The notes under the pieces: model-generated
What the model saw: the letters and a program-made list of their open reading frames with translations, nothing else
Database searches by the model: none
Told to the model about the DNA's origin: nothing
Program-made: the position numbers and the translations under genes
NCBI RefSeq assembly: GCF_964204645.1
Contig: NC_134035.1
Coordinates: 5,208,001 to 5,272,000 of the forward strand
Direction: 5' to 3'
Origin: Tubulanus polymorphus
Lineage: Eukaryota > Animalia > Nemertea
Length of the DNA stretch: 64,000 bases
Shown: positions 10,309 to 21,900 of the stretch, in pieces
Numbering within the stretch: the first letter of the stretch is position 1
Layout: each line of letters starts with the position of its first letter

Positions 10309-11054
10309 GGTGATACTGCTGCCACCCCGATACCACTGATACCAGTGATACTATGGTTCTATGGATGCTTTCGGCCCGTGTTGTATGCGGTCGTAGTGTT
10401 CTGTTCTCATTGTATTGTCCCATGACGCCCTCTACATAGCCGCCATCTTGAAACGGTGTTCTGGTACACCATCGAACAACCGGAATTTCCTTGCAGACAT
10501 ATCCAATATGGCTGCGCCCATGGATCATGGATAAGTTTTTCAAGTGTCGATTCAAAGATTCACGTGGTGTTTTCAGCTGTAAATAGCTGTTGAAACACCT
10601 TGAACTGATAGATTCAGATAATATCAGTGTGTATCACACGTCTTATGAATTGTAGCAGTGTTGTCACCTCATAACACTCGATAACGAAGCGTTCAAACTG
10701 AATATCGAAATCTTCCCGTCTTCCCGACCCGGCCCATACTCACACTGTCACTACTACACCGCCACTGGTGATCGTGCACCTGCTACTACACCAATATTAA
10801 TTATTTTTACCCAGACGACTACTGCTATGCTACAATAGTCTATGTGCAGCGTATCACCCCTTCATTGTCCTGTTTGTTTGAAAGTAAATCGTTGAAGCCC
10901 CATTTTAACCCCTTGCCAGGTGAATCTGCAAAAATAAACCATATGGATTACTCTAATTTGACAGCCTGCCATACTTAAGATAATAAAACATACTGAAAAC
11001 AGTAGTCAGTGTACTGTGTATTTACATGAGAATCGTATAATTGCCTAGTGAAAA

Positions 11055-14000
11055 ATGTTGACTGTTAAATCACGCATTCTCAGTCGACTGGTCAGCTGTA
11101 GACCTGTGGTCAGGGGTGGACCAAATGAACATAGATTTATCAGTCAATCTACAGTCGGTTGTAAGTTTACGTCGCGTCAAACCAGGATTCTTAATAGCGA
11201 ATGCTCGTACTTTTCTTCGGTGTCTATTCATAATCACCGGTTCATCGTTAAAGCTAGCTGTATTGATTTGAGCCGGCAGCCCGCGCGTTATTACTCGATC
11301 GCCGAGCGATTTTCGTTCGATAGAAATCCTCTAAAAACGTACGTTCGTCGTTTGATGGACGAATACTCGGCGTTGACGCGTAAAATGAAGCGGTTAGATT
11401 CGTACGGCGATCGCGAGCAGACGGAATTGTGCGAACGCCACGCCGACGTTCACCCGATAGCCGAACGCGTTATAGCTCTCGAGAAAAGACGATCGGATAT
11501 TCAGGAAATATCGAAAATGATGGAAGGTTAGAATTGGATAAATGATGATTATATCTAATATTTGATTAGGATTTTGTATTTTGATTTAGGCTATACAACT
11601 CTCCGTCTCCTTGATGACTCTATATTTCTGTAGTTGTGAGTGAAATATGACTTAAATTTTAGGATTGATAAAGAAGGTTCGTTGAGTAAACATGTTAAGC
11701 GGGTTTAGAATAAATAACGAGACAATGTAAGTTAACTATTTTTTTGACGCACAAGCTTTCACTACTTATGTATAGACTAATGTATAGAAGCTTCATCAGG
11801 TTCATTCACCTGATGAAGCTTCTATACATTAGTCTATACATTATTGGCAAAAGCTCGTGCACCAAATTAATAGTTAACCTATATAGGATTGATTAAGTTA
11901 GAATTTCATAGATATTGCTTCATTGTCAATGTTTAAATGCTTAAGTCAAATTTCAATTGATGACTGTCGAATTGGGTTCAGTTTAATAGAACTTCAACTT
12001 TGCTGTTTACTGGAACTATTAATTGAGTTATAACTAATGATTTTCTTTCATAGATTTGACTTCTCCTGAAGATGATGAAATGATGGAAAGTGCTCGAGAA
12101 GAAATTGATCAGTTAGAAAAACAATGCGACCAACTGAAACATGAGGTACAGTGAGAAAATTAAAAACCTGTCGAACTTCAATGAGGACTCCGTGCCACCA
12201 GCTATCCCGCTAAATGGCGTGCGTATCAGTGCGACAACCCTGTCCAAATCTAGTTCATTTTCAATAAACTTACATCTAGATTTTTAGCCTTCCTCATCAG
12301 AAATAAGGCAAATCACTCCACTTGATAAACTCAGATGATCTTAAGGTTCATATATAGGGTGAATTTTACTAATCACCATTCAAAGAATTTTGGAAATTAT
12401 GGATAGATTTTAAATTGAATCTGAGAAGAAATCCGGGAGTTGTTGTCTGAAAGCACACTAGCGAACTTGGTGGATCCTCGCTTGCCACAAGTGGAATCCT
12501 TGATTGCCACAGTCGAAAGTCCTCATTGATTCTAGCTTTGTAGCTTGAAAATCTAATTTCACACCAGGAAACTGTGAAAATTTAAAACCGCTAAAATATC
12601 AATATGTTTTCTGATGTTAGGTGTTGTTAATGCTAGTGCCGCCATCTAGATTGGATGAAAGCGACATTGTTTTGGAAGTTTCCGCCGGAGTCGGAGGTAA
12701 AGAAGCGATGATATTCACCGGAGAGTTGTTCGAAATGTATCAACAGTTGGCGGCGTGGAGAAAGTGGGCCGTCGATGTCATCGACTACGATAGAACAGAA
12801 TTAGGTAGGTCAGTAGTGATGTTTTAAGGGTATTATTCATCAAAGCGGATGCATCAGAAAAAAGAATACACCCCTTGAAGATGCACCTTTCATTCTAGTA
12901 ACACAAGGTTACCACTAATCTGGAAGTCAGAATTTTCTTTTCTTTAGTCAGGGACTTTTGTAAAAAAGATAAAAATCAGGAAGTCGGGGAAATAAGTTGA
13001 GATTGCTAGGTCATGCATAAAATCAAGAAGTTTCCGTCTATACCTTAATTGATTGGATTCTTAGCGAATCAAGTCAGAGAAAACAACATGCATATCGGAC
13101 AATAGTCAGGGAAAAAGTAAGTCAAATGAAAATGGCGCCACCCTTTAACAGTGTAGTGTGTAATTGCAGGAGGTGTCAGGAAAGCGAGTTGCGTGATTCG
13201 CGGACGCGGAGTTTATAAATATTTGAAATACGAGAGCGGAATCCATCGCGTACAGAGAGTTCCTGTAACCGAACGCACCAGTCGACTACATACGAGTACA
13301 GCTGCGGTAGCTGTTTTACCTACGCCTACTGAGGTGAGTTACGGCCGGAGCGTTACCGCGCAGATATTCGCGGCGTGAACTCAACGAGGCATCGATTCAT
13401 TTCAGATTGATGTAGTATTGAATCCTCGTGATTTGAAGATCGATACGTTCCGCGCGAGCGGTAAGGGAGGTCAGCATATTAATACTACAGACAGCGCTGT
13501 ACGCATTACACATGTTCCTACTAGTGAGTAGTCTTTCAATTTCTCCCCCCCCCCCCCTGATTGATAGGGAGGAGATGTCTGGAACCTGCTAATAATACAG
13601 GGATGAAAATCTTCCGACCATAGACGGATTTCCGACCTTTTCTAACATTTTCTTTATTCCTGAGAACAGTGTAAATCACCTCAATCGCTTTAATCACCTA
13701 AATCGCGGGCGTCACATCGGAGCGCTCCGTAGTTAGGAGTGCTCCTTAAGACGGTTTTCGGCAGTTATTAGCACAACTGTGGAGTCGGAGAAACCAATAT
13801 GGCGTCTCATTCAAAAAGCGGCTCTAATTCAGGTCCAAACTATTAACATTTTGACCAAAAGGAAGTAAGTTTTTTGGCTAAAAGTTACTGATTTTTGTTC
13901 CCCAAAAAAATTCTTTTTTTTTTGAAAATATTTTCCGACTTTTTCAATATTTTCAATGTTTTCATCCCTGTAATAATACCTGATGTGATGGTTTGATAGT

Positions 14001-14402
14001 TGTATAAAGAAAAAACTGCCGCAATTTTCTTTTTTTGTCGTAGATACCGTCGTCGAGTGCCAAACGGAACGTTCGCAGATAAAAAACCGCGCGACCGCGA
14101 TGAACGTGTTGCGTTCACGGATCTATCGAACTCAGTTAGAACGCGCCGAGCGCGAACGCCGGTCGCAGCGCAAACTGCAAATAGGTTCGGTCGATCGGTC
14201 GGATAAGATACGCACGTACAACTATCCGCAAGATCGGATCACCGATCATCGAATCGGCGAAACGGTCTATAACGTTCGCGAGTTCTTGAACGGCGGCGAA
14301 TCGTTGAACGCGATGATCGACGTTCTGCACGAAGAATCGAAGGCGGAAGTTTTACTCGAACGTTTAGAAGACATCGTCGAAGAGAACGAAACTAAATCGT
14401 GA
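11055..14402 (+). CDS. MTRF1L: Mitochondrial peptide chain release factor 1-like (mtRF1a); exons 11055-11526, 12054-12145, 12621-12804, 13170-13333, 13406-13523, 14044-14402
   Basis: Arg/Ser-rich presequence, [26 protein letters not shown] (PxT motif), [18 protein letters not shown] (GGQ), [16 protein letters not shown]; splice phases consistent. Confidence 0.93.
11731..11878. repeat. Intronic fold-back with a perfect ~34-bp inner stem
   Basis: ATGTATAGACTAATGTATAGAAGCTTCATCAGGT / ACCTGATGAAGCTTCTATACATTAGTCTATACAT with a short loop; degenerate outer arms ending GTTAAC. Confidence 0.85.
13598..13970. mobile_element. hAT-like MITE in MTRF1L intron 5
   Basis: TIRs CAGGGATGAAAA / TTTTCATCCCTG with exact 8-bp TSD TAATAATA. 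Confidence 0.85.
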
Positions 14403-15904
14403 CGCCGCGTGATTTTTTAAAGCCCTATGTTATGATTGTTTAGGAAGAATTTAGAGGTTAATCTGAAAGATTGTTTCGTTAAGTTTGAAGTTTCTAGGAT
14501 CTTTTGAAAGTTCTTGCGTCGTGGTTTCGAGATTTATGAAAAGATCAAGTTATTTCCATCAAAGTTATGCTTGGAAAGTCTTCAAACCTGATCCCTTCAT
14601 TATTTTTCATTGACGGTTCAGTGGAACCAGAATTCTTGTTACGAACATTTCAGAATTATTTTGTTTGAAAAGAAATTTTAATGAATTTAATACTGGATAA
14701 TGTGTGCAGACGTTTATTGTAATGATATTCCACTGTAGGCTGTTGTTGGAGTGACAAGAATTTTAAAAACAGAGCTGCCAACTCAATTCAACTGCCTGAT
14801 TTTGTTGCTATTCTGCCCCTAGAAACAGAGCTAATTTGTTTAATGCATACAGAAATGCGAAAGTTGTTACTGAGGGTCTTACCCCCTTGATTGATTACTG
14901 GTTAATTTGAACAGAAATGTGAAAGATGTTACTAAGGGTTTTACCATTGATTTGAACATTAATTTCATATTTTTCCCGGGGAAAAATTCAACTTGTTACT
15001 GATAGCACTTTTCAGAGATTGGTAAAAAATGATTACCCGGTAAATGTTTTTCATGGCGACTAAAATCAGAGAGCCCGGTATGTAATGTTCAACTGGTCTA
15101 GATTAAAAACAATCTGGAATTACCCATTTTCTTTGTATAGGTTAAAATTATTTCTTGAGATTGACTCATTACGAAAAGGAAATTCTATTTGATTAATTTC
15201 GGATTTCTCTGCGCGGCATAATGAGTTTCGCTTGTTAAACGCTTATAACGCGATTTCACTAAAATACCTACTGTCCATGCAACAATTGATTAGAATTTGA
15301 TTGACGCGTCAGACGTATAATGATTGTTTATGCCGTCTGAATGACGGGTTGGCTTTTCGAAAAAAGCGCCGTTTCTTTAAGAAAGTGACTCAGACTGGAA
15401 TAACTGGTCTACCACTTCGTACAATAGCGGGGGAGTGCGCCACACATTTGTGCGCATTCATTTCTATAGATGAATTTCTCATAGTAAATACGCATTACTT
15501 CAGCGCGACAACTCGACGGTTCAGAACGTAATCCATCATTCGTAGGACACAACGATTCTGTCTGAAGTGCCTTAGTAATAGCGTCCATAGCAACGGTTTG
15601 CTGCGCGAGGCACTCATTATTAGTCGCGCGGTTGATGACATTTTTTCAGCGGCTAACTGTGGATTTTTTTTAATATCCCGTACGGTGAGCGTAATGAGTG
15701 CATACAATAAAACCTTTTATAATGCAATAACAAGTTTTTTCGTGGAATTCTTATGACTTATTATTCGTGAATAGGGTTTCTCGACGATGATTACACTGCG
15801 CTTCCCGTGCGCTATTTTATTTTCGTCCAGAGCGAAGATTTCTTCAACTTGGACATCGTCAAGATTTTAGAAAGTGGAAAACGGACGTTACTACGAATCA
15901 GAAA

Positions 15905-18900
15905 ATGGCTTTCGCCGTAGCCGTACAGATGAGAAGATACTCATCAAAAGTCGGGCCCGTCACAGAACCGTCGTCTGCAGCGGCGGCAGCGGCGAACCGT
16001 AAGTACATGATTATGGTTTTATCGTCGTTTCGCGTGTTTTCTTAAAGTAGATTAGAATACTTTAAACACCGGCTCAATAATCGCTGGTTATTTACGACGG
16101 AATGAAAGGAATTGCTCGGCCGTTAAACAATTTTATAAAAAAATACAAAATATTATCACTATTTAAATACGCGATAAGAAAATTAAGGACTTATAGAATA
16201 GAATTTTTAATTCATATATATTTGGATGTGTATTTTCATTTTAAATTCGGATTGGTTTTTATTTGATAGTTTATTTTATTCAGTCTAATGAAAATGGATT
16301 TTCGACTAGAATATAATTAGAAATTCAGCGCTTTTTTACTTCTTAACTTTGGACTTTTTAAACATTCCTTTGATCAGGTTGATAACTGTTTTTTTTTTAA
16401 TCTAAAAATAAGGATTGACCCAATTGGTATTCATTTGATCAGTGGTAGATTTTGTTTATTTATGTTTTGGTCTCCCTTACTCACCCACCACATCTGCCGG
16501 TATCGAAACAGGGGGTTAATCAATCAATCATGATGATGGAAATCGATTTCTTCTTGTCTGTCCTTTTGCCTGTAATTGGACGCAGTCCAATAATTTCGAT
16601 ATTTAAGCTGTTAAGAATTATTGAAAATTGACACACTTATATTTAAATAGGGTCAAGGGCTAGTTCAGTGCAGTAATGTTGAATACTGAAGTGGGAAAAA
16701 TCGTTTTCAATGTTTTTGAATCGTTATTGGGTATATCAACTAACACCTTTCTGTCCGTACATCACGATCGAGTGAGTCTTTAACCAGGGGTTATAGTTTT
16801 ACGAAGTCAATCATCATCATTTTACTAAATCGTGAACTTATCATAAGAATGAGCAGGTTGTAATTTCGCTGAATCGTTGAAGTCATCGCGAATGAGAAGG
16901 TCGTCATCGTGATTTTACCGAATTGTTGAAATCATTTGAAAATGAGGTCGTCGACTAGTAAATAATGTAAACATAATTTTGCTATGTTTTTCGTACCTCG
17001 ATATACCGCTAAACTAAAACCGCCGTGACATTTGGATCTTAAAAAATTGGCTCCTTGCTGATTTTACATCATAGACACATATATTTCGGTCGAAAAATGA
17101 AATATGTTTCGGTTTATATATTTGCTAGTCGGATATTTTTCCGGTAATAATTACCGCGCGACAGCTGTGGATGGGGTTTAATATGAAGGATGTCGTATTT
17201 ATTCATGATATATCAGTTTCACTAATGTTCGTTGAAATTTGCGTTGTTGCGTACACGGCGTATCGGTTACCATCGATTTGAATACGAAAAAAAACCGTTT
17301 GATTTCGTAAGTAACTGCGTGGATCTGCGAGTTTTTGAGCCCTTGCTTATTTCGAGATACGGTAGCAGCTCTGAAATTTTCAAGAATAGCGCAACTACAA
17401 TTTCGTTCGTACGAGCGGCGACTATGTCGTAGGTAAAGATACTCTTTTTCGATTTTCTAATTCCGAATGCTGACGAGTAGGAGACTTATATCATATCGAT
17501 GATATCGTATGAATATGTGCACACATGTGCACTTTAAAGAACTCTCAGGTCAGCGTCGCCTGGCACACCGGCACACTGCTGATAAACTGTGACAACAATG
17601 TTTAATGATAATATACGTCAGACGGTGTCTGCGCGACTATCGAATCGAATCGGGACTATGTCTACGTGCGCTAGATAGGATTTCATAGATTTCAAAATTG
17701 ACGCTAACTTAAACAAAAGGTATGTTTGATAGGGTTTAATTTCGTGATATTTACCTAAGTCTGGCAGCATGTGTGAAATTGAATATGTATTTTAGTTATC
17801 GTCGAAGATCTTTTGGAGAAAAAAAAATTGTTTGCGCAATAAAAAGATATTTTTTCTTGTGTCTATAAAAGTGAGGTTGTACGTCACGTGATTTCACGGT
17901 GTTTAGTTCGTAATCTAAACCGTTCTATAGACAGTTTTAAAACTTTTATAAAGACTGTCGTCAATGCTTATGGAACACGCCTTCAATTGAATTCTAAAAA
18001 CGATGTATTGAATAGCTGTTGGTTAAGTACATGAGTACATGCACTTCAGTGTTTAATGAGTTCTATCTAGATTTGATTAGAATTCCAACAAAGAGATCAG
18101 ATTTTATAAACCCAGATCTATTCAGTCACTTCATCGTGGAGAGTTTTACTAGAATTACTCAGAAATTGACTTAAATCAGTTTATCAGTGATTAGAATTAT
18201 TTCCTGGAACAGGCTCATGCCGAGTGACGAACCCCCTAAAATTTTGCCCTTTCAAAAAGTCAGTGTCCAAAAATTTGGATCAAGATCTTTCGAAATTTGG
18301 GGACAATTTTCATGTTGTTTTTTTTTTTTCAAAATGAAAAGCAATCCATTCTCAAATGATTTATTCAGGTACCCGGGCACTTCATATTTTAGATCTGCCT
18401 TTTTTCAGTTTTTCAATAGAACGCACCCCTTTTCACGAAATTGAACTGCCCCTCAAAAGAACTCGGCATGGCCCTGTATGTTATTCGCAGTAATGACCCA
18501 GAAAACGATACCGACTTATCGCGCCTCTTACTTCTAATTCGGACGGTATAAATTATGATTCATAAATGTTATCTATTGCGCATGAATCACGGCTATTTAT
18601 ATTTGGTTCGGAACGGCGTCGGCACGAAAATGAAATTCCCATCCACCCACGAGTTAAAGCAAATACAGTCTCGGTGTTTATGCCGGTCAGTTTATGATTA
18701 ATGATGAAATTCAAACAAATGGTTGATAAACGTTTCATCATGCGGCGATTGCATCGAACGTTCAGCGCAGATTATTTCAGACCGTACTCAATTTGTTTGA
18801 ATGGATGTAATTACGAAGCGTGGACATCCGTTCACGCCAGATGTTTGGCCACGTACAGCTACGCATAATTCGCTTGATTCGGTTTCCGTAGTAACACGGC

Positions 18901-21900
18901 GACGATTGTTGACACTATTCGGGCGCTGTTATATTTTTGAATTGTGACAGTTGATGATCTAGCGCTATTCGGTTGGGTGAACATTGTTGCGATCACAGGG
19001 GCTCGTATCATAGTTGCAGGTAATGTAAAAATGATAATCTGTTAATCCAATGTATATAGTATATATAAAATAACGTTATTTTATATATACTATATACATT
19101 GGATTAACAGATTATCGTTTTTACATTACCTACAACTATGATACGAGCCCCTGTGGTTGCGATGATCGCTTAGCTGCCTAACGCACCATCTCATAACCCT
19201 GAATATACCTCAGAACCACAATCTATAGGGCCTAGCATACATTGACACTGCGATTGGAGACAACTAGTTGCCAGGCAGTTTTCGGCGCATGGGAGGAACT
19301 AGCTGAATACAAGTTGCTCCAATTTGTGAGCAAGCTTTACGACTGGTTAGCGTCCATCTAGCCAGTTGCCCATGTTCTACTTTTGAGCGACCAGTTACTG
19401 TCATATGCGTCGATGTGAGCGCTCCATAATCAACAACACGTGGTTGCAATTGACTAAAACAAAGCAATTTGACACGTGACATCAGATGCCCCCAAGAATA
19501 TTTGCTAGATAACACATCTCAGTTGCGGTTGATGTACGCGCTATGGACCTAGAGACTGGCATGAGCCATGCAGTTGCTGGTTTTTACTAGATTTTCGATG
19601 TGGATATGATCAGTTGCTAGTCCGATGTACGCTAGGCTTAAGAATACTCTCTTATTTTACTACTAGGATAGATCAGTTTTGATTATCGTTAAACAGATGA
19701 AATCGTTGTCCGAACGACTGCAGCGATTTCGGTAGCAAAAACCAGGACATTTGCGAATCTCCCTTATCAAGTATAATATTCTTCATCTGTCTATAATTTC
19801 ATGTAACGTAATTTCATCGGATTATGTCCAGTAGGATTTCTTTCGTGTACTCAAACTTTTCGAATGGAAATATTTTTTTCTTATTGACTTGTACTTTGTA
19901 GTCAAAGATAATGTTTGTCACTACGTAGCCACCCGTTGATTGATTACCTTGTATCGCTCACTCAGTAATCCAGTTTCTTACCCGACAGATTCGATAAACC
20001 CGTTTCAATGTTTTATCTAGACGTAAAACATTATTATTCCTTTGTATAAGCGCCGTTTGTTATCTCGACTTGTTGAGATTAACTTACACATCACTCGCAC
20101 CCGATATCTGTTGACATCCACTTTAACCGTCCCAGCCCCTGCCTTAAACAAACACACTTATACTTTATTAAAAAAAGTAGTCATATCACGTAATCTATTT
20201 CGGGACGAGAATTCCTTGACAATGACAATTGAATATCATCTGAGCCAACCATTTTTTATCTTATCTTAATGAAGTCTCATAAATCATCGTATGACCCTGG
20301 CCAACGACTGCCATTTTCTTGATTAGAAATGTTCTAAGTTAGAATTCGATTCTTTCGTTGAAAAGTTAGGTGCTCAAACTATTCGCAGTGTTCTTATCAC
20401 GCGTCGATAGAACGTATCTGATAAATTAACGTTGAAACCCAGCTCCGTTATCGAAGTTAATATTTACACACGACGCGTTGTCACTTAGCGGGTTTTTTTT
20501 TCCTACTCATTGCAGTTATCGACGCGACAGATGGTATAATTCGTTGCCACGACGACGATGACCGGGCAGACGTCCTCCGAGGTCGGATTCTAACAATGGC
20601 AGACGCGGAACGGACGACGACGACGAATGTCGGTCCGATTATCCACGTTCACGAAGACTCGTTATACTCCGATTGTGAACAGAAGGAGAACGGCGGTTTT
20701 ACGAACGAAGCGTTTACCGACGACAGTGGCTCGGCCGGAGCGTCGCGTGAACCGGGAGTTACCGCGACGGCTTCACCCGTCAAAAACCCGCCGACAAAAT
20801 GTGATAAGATTAATACTCGGTGCGGCTGCGGAAGCTGCACGCCGGATTGCATGCAGAAATGCGCGCATCCGATGTTATTCCTGGTGGCGGTAAGCGCGGT
20901 CGTGTTCGTGCAGTCGTTCCTCGCGTCCGGCTATCAGAACAGCGTCAACACGAGCGTCGAACGGCGCTTCGACTTATGGAGTAAAGAATGGGGACTCGTG
21001 TTGAGTAGTTACGACTTCACGGCGATGCCGGCGTCGATTCTCGTCAGTTTCTTTGCGGCGAAACGCAATCGCAGCCACTGGATCGGCTACGGCGTCGTGA
21101 CGCTCGCCGTCGGTTCCATCACGTTCGCGTTGCCTCATTTCATCGCTGGTCCGTACCGAGTCTCGACTGAGGCTGCGTCCGGCGTCGCGGCGAGAAACTC
21201 GTCGAATTTAGTCTGCGACGCGTCGTCTAAACGCGACACGAGCTGCGGAGAGAAATCGCCGGAGACCTGGGCATTGGCCATGTTGTGTTTGGGACAACTA
21301 ATCCTCGGACTCGGCGTCGGACCGCTTTACACGCTGGGACCGACTTATATATACGACAGCGTCAAACGCAAAGTCTATGGACTTTATATTGGTAAGATCT
21401 ACTTATCCTGACAAGGTGGCGCTACTGACCTGGAAACCTGGGAAATTCGGGGAATCAGAGATATCTAGAAAAATATTAGGGACAAACTCTGGGAATTTGA
21501 CAAATTTTGAAAAGAAAACCTGGAATTTGGATATGCTATTAACTATGCTTTTCTTTATCAATACATGATTCATTGATAAATGAATGAATTGCAACATTTT
21601 AAACCCAGAAATTTCGTTTGTTTGATCACATGGAAAATCAGGGAAAACTCAGGATTGTAAATAGGCAGAAAGTAGTCATCCTGTACAAGCTAATCCAGGT
21701 TAAAACAGTTTTACTATGTATTTAACCAATCCCTGATATTTGTAGGTATATTCTACTCGATGGTTGCTGTAGGACCGGCGTGCGGGTTTCTGGTTGGGGC
21801 AGCGTTGCTTTCATTCTACGTCGATCCCGGATTGAAGCCGGTTGGAATGACGGAGAGCGACCCGCGTTGGGTCGGCGCCTGGTGGGTCGGCTACGTCATC

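Larger units (their letters stand above)
5746..10309. repeat. Left arm of the large inverted duplication; reverse complement of 27648-28174 plus 29317-33699
   Basis: Continuous reverse-complement match read by eye from GTTTCGAGTTAA (5746) to CTTTCCCG (10309). Confidence 0.95.
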
